Source: Macrostomum lignano (Eukaryota). From it: DNA of 64,000 nucleotides. How positions within the stretch are numbered: the stretch's first letter is position 1; the number at the start of each line of letters is the position of its first letter. This document shows, one piece after another, positions 13,040 to 25,655 of the stretch. The notes beneath the pieces are model-generated. The model was not told the DNA's origin. It was given only the letters and a program-made list of their open reading frames with translations, and ran no database searches. A program made the position numbers and the translations under genes. The stretch spans positions 326,822 to 390,821 of the forward strand of contig NIVC01000717.1 in assembly GCA_002269645.1 (NCBI GenBank), written 5' to 3'.

Positions 13040-13330
13040 GACAATGAGTCAGCAATCATAACAACTCAATATAGGCAGACAATATTCATTATGAGTCACT
13101 AGATAAAGACAGACAATAATCATCACGAGTCACTAGATAGAGACAGACAATAATCATCATGAGCCTCTATATAAAGACAGACAATAATCATCATGAGTCA
13201 CTGGATAGAGTGACAATAATCATCATGAGTCACTAGATAGAGACAGACAATAATCATCATGAGTCACTAGATAGAGACAGACACTAATCATCATGAGTCA
13301 CTAGATAGAGTGACAATAATCATCATGAAT
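13040..13330. repeat. 31-34-bp tandem repeat containing TGAGTCA
   Basis: GACAATAATCATCATGAGTCACTAGATAGAGACA units. Confidence 0.85.
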
Positions 13331-14139
13331 ATATACTAAAAAGAAGTCAATATTCAGTACTAGTGAATTATCACTGTATTGAATAGTTCTTGCTCCCCTA
13401 GTAGCAGAAAAATTGCCTCAGCCGGCAAGCAGCTGCTAGTTGGGATCTCAGAAGACGCGCTTGAATATTCTTTATGCATAATTCAGCCTACAGTCAGATT
13501 AGGTTGTGCGTGGCTGCGGCAGAAAGTCGCAGAAATCCAAACAGCTGAAGAAAATTACGCCTTGCACTTGCCAGTTGATCGCTCTATACCAGATACATAT
13601 TATTCTATTTGCTCACAGCGGTGCCTGGACACTCGGGATGATGGCTCTCCCCGATCGGTAACGAGGCAAACGCAGAGTTTTTTTGCAATCTATATTTATC
13701 CCCTCTGAGAGCAGTTGAATTTCTTGAGTTGAGAAATCAGTTTAAGCCTCACACAAGATAAAGACGCCTCATCAAGGCTCCTCGGATCCGGGATGAGCTT
13801 GTATAAAAATGAAATTTGTGTCTTTCCTTCGCCAATCGGGATCAGCAATCTTCAGTTCTCTGGGGATAACAGAAGAGACCCGGTATATTTTGCTAGCACA
13901 ATTTCTGTTTCAGCAACAGAATATTAATGCTCACAAGGATCTGGAGCTGTTGGGGTCCTTCTCGGGTTCATATCCTGTTGGATATGATGAAGCTTTGATG
14001 CTGTGTACTTTTACGCTCGTTTGCTATGTATTTAAGGTTATTATGTATGATTCTACGAGCCACGTTATTAATTAACAAATGTATAAAAAACTAATAAATT
14101 TTTGTAAAACTAATGGTCACACTAACGGTGAGGAGAAAA

Positions 14140-14500
14140 AGAGGAGACTAAGAGGGAGAGACGGAGAGAGGGAGAAAGGGAGGAGAGGGAGAGTGAGAGT
14201 GGGAGAGAAAGAGAGAGAGAGGGAGGAGAGGGAGAGAAGGAGGGAGAGAGGGGGAAGGAAGGAGAGAGAGGCAGGGAGAGAAGGAGAGCAAGAGGAGAGA
14301 GGGAAAGAGAGAGAGGCAGGGAGAGAAGGAGAGCAAGAGGAGAGAGAGGGAGAGAGAGGCAGGGAGAGAAGGAGAGCAAGAGGAGAGAGGGAGAGAGAGA
14401 GGCAGGGAGAGAAGGAGAGTGAGAAAGAGGGAGAGGCAGAGACAGGGAGAGGAGGAGAGGGGTGGAGAGAGAGGAAGAGGTAGATATAGAGAGATGGAGC
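14140..14500. repeat. GA-rich low-complexity tract
   Basis: Polypurine sequence with short internal duplications. Confidence 0.9.
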
Positions 14501-15065
14501 GGGAGTCGGTGGAGAGGAGGCCACAGGCAGGAGCGAACAGGTAAACAGACCAGTTTAGTAGTGCCAATCGAATAAATCCCGGCGGGCAGCCGCCCTCACT
14601 TCCAATTAGTCGGTGGGAAAATCTACGAAAAAATCTTAAAATTGAACTTTCCATTCCCTTGGCTTTACGCCGAATCCCATACCAACTAGTAATTAATTTC
14701 CACATCTTACGTTTAGCATAATCATCGGGGATTCTGGCTCGCGCAAAGGCATGCCCCATCAATAATTAATAGCAGCTTACATTAGTGCAGCGGGAGTCCG
14801 TGCACTTACTGCCCAGCAACAGTCATAAACATTAAAGCGGCCGAGTCATGGGATGGGTTGAAGGCTGAGAGGGAATCTATATTTTCACGGTCTCAGATAG
14901 ATAAGAGTTCAGCGGGGATCCTTCGAAGGCTTCTCTGAGTTTGACTATAATACTCTCAATAATTATTATAACTAGTAAATAATATTTGAGAAGATGCTTA
15001 GAAGCTGCTTCAATCGATAAATAATATTCGGTAGTAAAGCGAAAAAAGATCATTTGGAAGTGTCT

Positions 15066-16075
15066 GGGGTTTATCTGAGGGTTTTGAATAGGTGTGGGGT
15101 TTATCTGAGGGTTTTGAATGGGTGTGGGGTTTATCTGAGGGTTTTGAATGGGTGTGGGGTTTATCTGAGGGTTTTGAATGGGTGTGGGGTTTATCTGAGG
15201 TTTTTGAATAGGTGTGGGGTTTATCTGAGGGGTTTTGAATGGGTGTGGGGGGTTATCTGAGGTTTTTGAATAGGTGTGGGGTTTATCTGAGGGTTTTGAA
15301 TGGGTGTGGGGTTTATCTGAGGGTTTTGAATAGGTGTGGGGTTTATCTGAGGGCTTTGAATCGGTGTTGGGTTTATCTGAGGGTTTTGAATGGGTGTGGG
15401 GTTTATCTGAGGGTTTTGAATGGGTGTGGGGTTTATCTGAGGGTTTTGAATGGGTGTGGGGTTTATCTGAGGGTTTTGAATGGGTGTGGGGTTTATCTGA
15501 GGGTTTTGAATGGGTGTGGGGTTTATCTGAGGTTTTTGAATAGGTGTGGGGTTTATCTGAGGGGTTTTGAATGGGTGTGGGGGGTTATCTGAGGTTTTTG
15601 AATAGGTGTGGGGTTTATCTGAGGGTTTTGAATGGGTGTGGGGTTTATCTGAGGGTTTTGAATAGGTGTGGGGTTTATCTGAGGGCTTTGAATCGGTGTT
15701 GGGTTTATCTGAGGGTTTTGAATGGGTGTGGGGTTTATCTGAGGGTTTTGAATGGGTGTGGGGTTTATCTGAGGGTTTTGAATGGGTGTGGGGTTTATCT
15801 GAGGGTTTTAAATAGGTGTAGGTTTATCTGAGGGTTTTGAATAGGTGTGGGGTTTATCTGAGGGTTTTGAATAGGTGTGGGGTTTATCTGAGGGTTTTGA
15901 AAGAGTGTGGGGTTTATCTGAGGGTTTTGAATAGGTGTGGGGTTTATCTGAGGGTTTTGAATTGGTGTGGGGGTTATCTGAGGTTTTTGAATAGGTGTGG
16001 GGTTTATCTGAGGGTTTCAAATGGGTGTGGGGTTTATCTGAGGGTTTCAAGTGGGTGTGGGGTTTATATGAGGGT
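15066..16075. repeat. 30-bp G-rich minisatellite
   Basis: (GGGGTTTATCTGAGGGTTTTGAATGGGTGT)n. Confidence 0.95.
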
Positions 16076-16374
16076 TTGGAGCTTTTCGGGTCAGCAATTG
16101 ATACTTTAAGCTTTGCTTGTCCAAAAAAGAACAAGAAGGATTCGAAGCTCAGATAATGAAGTTAATCCTTGAGCTTCTTGGCTCAGCTGTTTCGCTCTCA
16201 GAAAATTGATTAATTTGACATTTGTTTGGAAATTATTCTATTTGAATAAATTTTTGGGATAACTTTGGAATTCATGGACTTATATGTAACTCAAATTTCG
16301 TTCAGGCAACGAGCGTTCCCAGCTGAGAAATGACTATAGAATCTTTTAATAATTTAAAGATCATAGATATAAAT

Positions 16375-16580
16375 CTTGTAGATCTTCGCTAGATATCTTG
16401 CAGATTTCAGTTATATATCTTATAGATCTCAGCCTGATATATTATAGATCTCAGCTATATATCTTATAGATCTCAGCCTGATATCTTATAGATCTTAGCT
16501 AGTTATCTTATAGATCTCACTTAGATATCTTATAAATCTCATCTAGATTATCTTACAGACCTCAACTATAGATATCTTGC
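16375..16580. repeat. Degenerate AT-rich repeat
   Basis: Recurrent ATATCTTATAGATCTCAG. Confidence 0.7.
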
Positions 16581-17115
16581 AGTTTTCATGCAGTTAGAGA
16601 AGCCGGAAAAGTACAGGAACAGTTTTAAAAATTCCGGGCGTAAAGTCGGTTTCTTTCTATGAAAATGGGCGCAAGACTTCCAGATAAAAGGCGCGCACCG
16701 ACAAACGAGTAAGACGCACTCTGTTAAACAGAGATTAGGCTGACCTCGAGACCAAAGTCTAATCATATCGCATGAGATCTTGCATGGGTTTATCTAGCTC
16801 ACAGCTCACAGCCCACAGGTAGTACCTGGCAGTTCTGATCTTGATAGCGCGGGTCGCTTACTCGACTCGCAAACTCCCTTACTCACGATTTAGTAAAATC
16901 TGCAACACTTCTGCTTTTGTAGAAGAATTCGAATTTTTTATAGTTCGGTTTCGAGTTTTGCGATTAGAGATAAGGAAAATTGCTGCTCAAGGTATGCATA
17001 GTGGGTCAGGTTGACTCGATTGGAAATAATAATGTCGTCAAGGGGTTATATAAACGGTTATTACAATGCAAACAAGAAGCAAAGCTTGTCCAGGTAAAGA
17101 CACGACAACTCATCC

Positions 17116-17192
17116 ATGTCTGCAGACAACTTGCCAGAAGATTCACTTCGATTGAACCCGAATCAGTACGGGTCTGTTCAGTCAGGGAATGA
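17116..17192 (+). CDS. MATE/SLC47 transporter exon 1
   Basis: ATG at 17116 (MSADNLPEDSLRLNP...), donor GA|GTAAGT at 17193, phase 2 matches the exon 2 acceptor. Confidence 0.65.
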
Positions 17193-17634
17193 GTAAGTTG
17201 CCTAGGTGGTCTGTTGATGACTGGTAGCACCACCAGACAGGGCCAGCACCAGTAACAGCACCAACATCTACAGTACAACAAAAAACCCACGACATCTACA
17301 TCTACAACAACACCCACAAGACCAAAATCTACAACAACAACAGCCACAACGCCGACATCCACAGCAACAACACCAAAAACATCTACAAAATCACCCACAG
17401 CCCTAACATCCACAGCACCAACATTCATAAAACAACACCCACAAGACAAACATCCGAACAAAAACACCCACAAGACCGAAAATTACAACAACACCCACAA
17501 CAGCACCAACAATACCACCACCGACAACAACATGTCTAACAAAGTTTAAAGTCTAAAATCAGAGAGCGCGCCACAGTTTTTCGTCAGTCAACAAAAAAAT
17601 GACATAAAACACGCCAAAAAAACTTTCTCCGCAG

Positions 17635-18475
17635 CGGTGCTACACGTCATTCGTGGCCGGGCTCGCAGCCGGCTCGCGGCGGGCCACTGTCGTTGCCAAC
17701 AAGATTCGGCCAGAGATTCTTCCCACTGGGCTACTGGAAAGAATTTCGCGCACTTTCCAAACTGCATTTGCCAGCATTTCTTACCTGCTTCTTCCAGGTG
17801 TTCCTGCAGACAATCAGCGTGATCATGTGCGGCCACCTGTCCAAGGAGCAGCTGGATGCGGCCGCTCTAGCCTGCACTCTCATCAACGTGGCTGGCATGG
17901 GAATCGGCCTGGGCCTGTCAACCGGCTGCGACACCTACTTCGCCCAGACCTACGGCAGCGCCTACAAAAAACGAGTCGGTATCTACCTGCAACGCAGTCT
18001 GATCGTTATGTACATGTTTCTGGTTCCTGTGTACTGCTTGCACCTGCACATGAAACCGCTGTTGCTACTGTTAGGCCAGGACCCAGTGGTCAGCGATATG
18101 GCCTCGCACTACATCCTGATCTTCATGCCGGGCGTGTTCTTTGACTACACATTCCTAGTGCTGGCCCGGTACATGCAGACCCAGAACCGGGTGACTCCGC
18201 CGCTCATCTGCGCCTTCATCGGCAACTTGTTCAACGCGGTGTCCCAGTACGTGGCTATCTACGTGCTGGGCTATCAGTACGAGGCGTCGGCTGCCTGCCA
18301 GGCTGCGTCCTTGATGGTGATGTGCGCCAGCCTCATCATCTACATCCGCGTGTCGGGAGTCTATAAGGAAACCTGGGACGGCTGGACCCTGGAGGCTCTC
18401 TACGATATTAAAGGATTTGTTCGGCTGGCGGTGCCGGGACTCTTGCTGGTTGCTTTGGAGGAATTCTGTTATGAG
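17635..18475 (+). CDS. SLC47A: MATE/SLC47 transporter exon 2
   Basis: Acceptor CTTTCTCCGCAG|; motifs MCGHLSKEQLDAAALA, GLSTGCDTYFAQTYG, GIYLQRS, LAVPG..LEEFCYE; donor GAG|GTGAG at 18476. Confidence 0.92.
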
Positions 18476-19578
18476 GTGAGCCTGCGCAAACCCCCGAGAG
18501 TCTTTTAGGACGTCATTTGTGATGTGTTGCAACTCATAAAGTTTCTAAACTTTGTCAAACAAAGATCGAAATCTGATTGTTTGGGTCCTCGTTGTACAAT
18601 CACCATTGAGTATGCAAGCTACATACTACTACATTTAGCAACTACATTACTACAAGTAGGTAAATAAGTAATTCACAGAGCTGTTACAGCAGCAATTCCT
18701 GTCAAATTTGCTGCGGCAACCTTGGGCAGCCTGCACAGAACTGTGTTCTTCAAGACGAACAACACTGCACTACATCGTTCCAGATATGTCTCCAGAACCC
18801 CTCCGAGCATGTCTGAGACTTTGTAAAGACTTCGAAAAGTTCAGCAAGGGTGCCCGAATGCCAGAATACATCTGAATCCAGTTGCGACTGGGGGTTCTGA
18901 ATGCCTGCTGGTGATCAGCTGGTGATCAGGATGTCACGGCGGCGGCAAGTTGACAGAACTTTTGCATGCTCGTGATTCATGCACACTGAATCTCGCATTA
19001 AAGACATGCGTGTAAATGTATGGCCGGGCGTCGTAGTCTTCGTGGTCTGGCAATGATTTGGGGCTAAAATGGAATCTCGGCTTGGCTCTGCTCGTGCAAT
19101 AAACGTTCTCGTGGCCCAACCCCCAAGGCACAGTGAAGTGTACATGCCTAACGATAAATAAAGTTCGAGCAGCTGTACACTCCTGTGTGAGTGTGTGCCT
19201 GTGCGTATGACTGCGTACGTATCCGCGCGCTTGTGTGCCTGCTCAGGGGAGTCGGCGGAATGGGCAGTAATGCCTCTCGCCGGTTGTGTTTGACAATGGT
19301 ATATCCTTCTGCATCTTCTGCATCCCGACTGCAGAAAAGTGCATTGACTAGTGTTTCCACATAGGCGGTTTCCACATTTATAATTATAAATTAAAAATTA
19401 ATCATTTAATAATTAATAATTGGGTGAGTTCGAGAGTAAGTTCGGGGGGCATGTTGCTGATTCCTTTACCGACAGTGTAGTACGAGCGTAACCCGAGGGC
19501 ACACGTTTGCATGTATTGTATGATCCACACTATACTATGGTATCTAAATGTACATGTGCTTCAATTTTTCTCCCTCAG

Positions 19579-20544
19579 GTCGGCACCTTCATCGCTGGCA
19601 GCATCAGCACATTGCAACTGGCCTCTCAGGGCATTCTCTTCCAGTGCGGCGTTCTATCCTACATGGTCTCCCTGGGCATGTCAATCTCCGTGAACATCCG
19701 CGTCGGGCAGCACATCGGGGCCAGACAGGTGGAGAAAGCGAAGCACACGTACAGAGTGGCAGTCACCATGATTCTGACTACGTCAACGATACTGTGCATC
19801 GTGTTCGCCACCTGCCAGAAGCAAGTTGCCAGCCTGTTTACAAGCGACCCGATGGTTCTGGAGGCCACCGGAGAGATCCTCACCGTCTACGCCCCGTTCG
19901 CGTACGCCGACGGTTTGTCCGCCACGGCATCCGGTGTGCTGAAGGGCAGCGGCCGTCAGCTTATTGGTGCGATTGTCAACATTGTCGCGTACTACCTGGT
20001 GGCTCTGCCCATCGGCATCCCGCTGAGTCTGCTCACCCCGATGCAGATCAGCGGCTTCTGGGTCGGCCTTCTCATCGGTTTAACAGGCGAGACCTTCGTG
20101 TTCTGGCTGATCATCTGGCGCACCAACTGGCACAAGGAGGTCCGCGCAGCGGCCGGTCGAATCACCGGGCAGAGGGCCAACTCGACTCTGTCGGCCAGGT
20201 CGCCTCTGATTGCCGATGAGCAGCCCGCAGTGGACTCTGAGCAAGCCATCCTGCCGCCCAGGCCGCGTCGCATCCGTCGCGAGTCTCGCGTCTATTCTGG
20301 GCCCTACGACAGCGCCATCGAGTTCGACCCGGGCCGGCCACCGAAGCTGGGGCCTCTCCGGCCGGTGCTGATCCGCCAGGGCCTGATCTGGTTCTGCCTG
20401 CTGCTGGTTCTGTCAGCTGCAGCTGTTGCCAGGTCCTATCAGGACCAGTACCTGCCAGTGCACTGGCGCCGGCTGTGCATAATGCAGAGCCAATTGAACA
20501 ACTCCATGGATGTATCACCTGGTGCCAACCTTACCTATTGCTGA
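19579..20544 (+). CDS. SLC47A: MATE/SLC47 transporter exon 3
   Basis: Acceptor TTTTTCTCCCTCAG|; NIRVGQHIGA, GVLKGSGRQLIGAIVNIVAYYLVALPIG, and an extra C-terminal TM as in vertebrate MATE1; spliced product 627 aa. Confidence 0.92.
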   Translation, partial: VGTFIAGSISTLQLASQGILFQCGVLSYMVSLGMSISVNIRVGQHIGARQVEKAKHTYRVAVTMILTTSTILCIVFATCQKQVASLFTSDPMVLEATGEILTVYAPFAYADGLSATASGVLKGSGRQLIGAIVNIVAYYLVALPIGIPLSLLTPMQISGFWVGLLIGLTGETFVFWLIIWRTNWHKEVRAAAGRITGQRANSTLSARSPLIADEQPAVDSEQAILPPRPRRIRRESRVYSGPYDSAIEFDPGRPPKLGPLRPVLIRQGLIWFCLLLVLSAAAVARSYQDQYLPVHWRRLCIMQSQLNNSMDVSPGANLTYC

Positions 20545-21106
20545 TCTGGGTGGCGGTGGTAATAAGCTAGACCAGCTTGAAAATTTAACCAATTTACCTG
20601 CAACTGAAACAAATTTCATGTCTTATTCATGTTTTCATGCCAAAACGCATGGTAATTGCTAGAATTATATAGCCTGATAAAGTTCGTCAGTCGTAATTCT
20701 TCAATACAATAACTTGCTGATAATATACATGATAATTACCGCATGCATTCTTCGCATCTATACAATTGGCCCGAATCGGCCGCGACTTGATAAAAATTGA
20801 GTGGCCGGTCTACACATTATGGTAAAAAAACACTTATCCAGAATTATTGTTTTATCGGTGTACCAAATACGAGCTAATAGAATGCAATTTGCTCGAGTAC
20901 TGTCGGAGTACATCATACAGCAAATTCAGGCAGAATTTTAAAACTGCATAATGTATTACATTAGGCTTGTACAGTACACACTGTACATGTACATGTAGCA
21001 AAACAGGGAAGGATCGCAAGATGCGACGGCTGTACCAAGGAGAGACATCCTGTTTCTTAGAAAAATATGAACGCACCTGGGCATAAACTTTTAATTCCTG
21101 TCTTGA

Positions 21107-21497
21107 AGCACTTTCCCATCATAATAAACCCGACAAATCACAACTCCGAAAGCACTTTCCCATCATAAACCCGACAAATCACAACTCCGAAAGCACTTTC
21201 CCATCATAATAAACCCGACAAATCACAACTCCGAAAGCACTTTCCCATTATAATAAACCCGAAAAATCACAACTCCGAAAGCACTTTCCCATTATAATAA
21301 ACCCGAAAAATCACAACTCCGAAAGCACTTTCCCATTATAATAAACCCGAAAAATCACAACTCCGAAAGCACTTTCCCATTATAATAAACCCGACAAATC
21401 ACAACTCTGAAAGCACTTTCCCATCATAAACCCGACAAATCACAACTCCGAAAGCACTTTCCCATCATAAACCCGTAAGATATCATAACTCCGAAAA
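21107..21497. repeat. 43/46-bp tandem repeat, about 9 copies
   Basis: AAGCACTTTCCCATCATAATAAACCCGACAAATCACAACTCCGA units. Confidence 0.92.
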
Positions 21498-22469
21498 TCA
21501 AAATAGCGTTAGGCATTTGCTAGCACTTGTGGAGTTGCGATTTTTCGGGTTGTATGATACATCCCTGTCTGTCCTTCTGTGTGCCTCTCTGCCTCGCTGT
21601 ATGTGTCTGCTTGTCCATTCTTTGTTTTTCTGTTAATGTGTCTGCCGACCTGTCTGTCTGTTTGTGTCTGTCGGTCTGCCTGCCTGTCTGTCTGTGTCTG
21701 TCTGAGTAAATAAGACCAAATGCGGTTCAGAAGATTATCAAACATACTGATTCGTTGGTGCGCACAAATGTTGCACAACTTGTCATCAATAAATAAATAT
21801 ATATATTTGCATAAAATAATATTGCATTGGGGTGACAAACTGAGATGATGGATCATGCTGGACCACTCAACAGCAACAGCAAACTGTAACGAGTCTTAGC
21901 GCAAGACAAACAATCACAAAGACTTTCATTTCTCGCACTTGTGCAAACTGATAGGTGGTGAATATAAATTCGAATGCATTGAAGAATTACAATATAAACA
22001 TTTGTGTACACACCAATTAGCAGGCATGATATACTAATAATAGAATTAGTTTTTTATTGAACCAAAAAGTTCTTTAGTCATTTCAAACGTTAGTTGACAC
22101 AAAGAGCTACAAAGACTCATATTAAACGTGCACTTACTATCCTGGATATTAAAGTCAACAGGACGCAATTAAACAGGAAAACAAATTATACCTTTATTTA
22201 GCTAACTACTTTACTATGAGTAGAAATGTGCAAAAAAACTATTGATAAAACGCACAATTAACCCGCATTCCGCAACACAAAAACACAAGCCGTTAATTTT
22301 ATTCAGAAGCTGACTTCATCATGATGCGATACGATGGGATGCGATAAGTTACCAAATTATTCGAAGGTATTACTGACTGAATGATGAAATTTCTAAATTT
22401 GAACAGAAAAAGAAATTTAAGTACAACTTATGAATAGGGCCACTTTTTTGTAGGAGCTAAGATTAGCTA

Positions 22470-22885
22470 AGTAGATTGTTCAGGTAAGGTAGATTGGTCA
22501 GGTAAATAGGTAGATTGGTCAGGTAAATAGGTAGATTAGTCAGGTAAATAGGTACGAGCGTAGATTGGTCAGGTAAATAGGTACGAGCGTAGATTGGTCA
22601 GGTAAATAGGTACGAGCGTAGATTGGTCAGGTAAATAGGTAGATTGGTCAGGTAAATAGGTAGATTGGTCAGGTAAATAGGTAGATTGGTCGGGTAAATA
22701 GGTAGATTGGTCAGGTAAATAGGTAGATTGGTCAGGTAAATAGGTAGATTGGTCAGGTAAATAGGTAGATTGGTCAGGTAAATAGGTAGATTGGTCAGGT
22801 AAATAGGTAGATTGGTCAGGTAAATAGGTAGATTGGTCAGGTAAATAGGTAGATTGGTCAGGTAAATAGGTAGATTGGTCAGGTA
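22470..22885. repeat. 21-bp minisatellite
   Basis: (GTAGATTGGTCAGGTAAATAG)n. Confidence 0.95.
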
Positions 22886-23124
22886 GATAAGTAGGCAGAG
22901 AAGTGGATGGGTAGATAAGATACAGACAGAGATAGATTTGTTGGTCGCGCACCAGAAATCGTCAGAAACAAGCGGACAAACAAAATATTTGCTTTACCAC
23001 AAACCATTAATTATTAAATAAACTTTAAAATACAATACCAGCATATTAATATCCGATTGGACGCAAATGAACATAGAAAAACAAATATGTAATAATTAAT
23101 TTTGCCCAGGCACATTTTTAAATA

Positions 23125-25441
23125 TTAAAACTGATCACTACTAATGCTATCATCTTCGTCCATGGCTGCAGTGTCGTTGTAGGGCTCTGGCTTGTTGACA
23201 GTCAGTTTAGCACTTGCCGGGACTTCACCAGCCGTCGCAGCCGCGGCAGGAGCGGCAGGAGCGGCTGCGGTGGCAGTAGCGGAGGTCTGGAAGGTCCTCA
23301 GGGTCGGGCAGGCACCTCGCTGAAGGTGCGACTCCAGACTGGTGGTGGAGCTGGTGCAGCAGGAGATCTCCTGGTAGCCGGAGTCCACGCTGACTGTTGA
23401 AGCTACGGCCGATGCGTTCGAGCCGGCGCAGTTCGAGTGCTGCTGCTGCCTGCGGGGATTCAGTGCTGACTACAATACAATACAATAAATACAATGGCCA
23501 CCGGCCACACCGATCCTCATGCTGACTGATGAGGCACCTGACACTTTGGGAAGCTGGCCCAGCAACTGAGGATCTGGGAGGCTGGCCCGGTAACTGAGGC
23601 TCTGGGAGGCTGGCCCAGCAAATGAGGATCTGGGAGGCTGGCCCAGCAACTGAGGATCTGGGAGGCTGGCCCAGCAACTGAGGATCTGGGAGGCTGGCCC
23701 AGCAACTGAGGATCTGGGAGGCTGGCCCAGCAACTGAGGATCTGGGAGGCTGGCCCAGCAACTGAGGATCTGGGAGGCTGGCCCAGCAACTGAGGATCTG
23801 GGAGGCTGGCCCAGCAACTGAGGATCTGGGAGGCTGGCCCAGCAACTGAGCATCTAGGGGCTGGCCCAGCAACTGAGCATCTGGGAGGCTGGCCTAGCAA
23901 CTGAGGATCTGGGAGGCTGGTGGCCCAGCAACTGAGCATCTGGAAGGCTGGCCCAGCAACTGAGGATCTGGGAGGCTGGCCCGGTAACTGAGGATCTGGG
24001 ATATTTAGCACTTGAGGATTAAAAATCTAATGATCTATAATATCAGCCCTCAGGTTCGAAGCCCTCACCAGAACGATTTCATCCTTCGTTCAGGCAGATG
24101 CCGCGGCTGCTGCAAGCTCAGGTGTCGGCAGATCTGCTGTCCCTGGCCAAAGGTGCTCACGCCGGACACAGGCGGTGACCAGGTGCCGGTTTGGCCCACA
24201 GACAAAACCGGAGACTGAAGCTGAGAGTCGGCAGACTGGCGAGCGTCTTCGCTTTGAACTTGATGATGGACGGCGTCAGCTGCGCCCGCGGCTGCGGCGG
24301 CGGAGGCAGCTGCAGAGTCGCGAGTTCGAATCTCAGCGATCCGCTGGTTGATGGAGCGAAGCTGGTGAAGGGAGAAATTAAAGCCTTCGGTTACATCGTC
24401 GCACAACCAGCGCTTCTGCCCATTCGGCTACTGTACGCGGGCGCGCACTCATGCACACGCTCACACATGGTGTACATCAGCTCTGACTGTCTAATCATCA
24501 GGCATGTACACTCTGTGTACTTTAAATCAATTACCCCAGCTGATGCTGGTCAACTGAAGCAATGCAGAGTTATTCGTTTTGTTTAAAGACACGAATTGTT
24601 CAGCCGTGGGTCCAACGCTCTAACCACTACAACCTTTTGGTCCTTTAAGTTCTTACCTTTTCCTGCGATCGCTGGTACTCCTGAGTTCGTTTCCGTTTCA
24701 GCTGGCGGCCCAGTTTGTCGGCCTGGCACTCGCGCAGCAGGCGGGCGTTCGCCTCCACCATGGCGCGCTGGACCGCCGCCTCCTCTTGCAGCTGGACCAG
24801 CTGGAATTCGCGGGATGGGGGTTGATTTGGTTGGTTAAAAATGGCCGATTCTACTGTAAGTAGAAATAAAAACATTTTATACGTGTGAATCATGTAAAAT
24901 TTTCAGCGTTAGCTTTTTAAGAATCTGTCTGTCTGTCTGTCTGTCATGTCTGTCTATCTATCTATCTATCTGTCTATCTATCTATCTATTTATCTATCTT
25001 TCTATCCATCTATCCATCTATCCATCTATCTATCTATCTATTTATCTATCTATCTATCCATCTATCCATCTATCTATCTATCTATTTATCTATCTATCTA
25101 TCCATCTATCCATCTATCTATCTATCTATTTATCTATCTATCTATCCATCTATCCATCTATCTATCTATCTATTTATCTATCTATCTATCCATCTATCCA
25201 TCTATCTATCTATCTATTTATCTATCTATCTATCCATCTATCTATCTATCTATCTATCTATTTATCTATCTATCTATCCATCTATCCATCTATCTATCTA
25301 TCTATTTATCTATCTATCTATCCATCTATCTATCTATCGTTTCCATCGTTTCCGGTGATCTTGTGTGCGTGCATTCAGCTTGATTGGCTGCGGCAAGCAA
25401 GCTCGAAAGAGCTCGCTTCGCTCGCTCTTTCTCGCTATCTA

Positions 25442-25489
<48 letters not shown>

Positions 25490-25498
25490 TTATCTATG

Positions 25499-25546
<48 letters not shown>

Positions 25547-25608
25547 CATCTATCTATCTAACTATCTATCTATCTATCTATCTATATATCTATATATCTA
25601 TCTACCTG

Positions 25609-25655
<47 letters not shown>

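Noticed and set aside
21107-21497. CRISPR-like array (also 26376-27245, 34158-34582)
   Set aside because: Head-to-tail repeats without unique spacers, eukaryotic context, no cas genes
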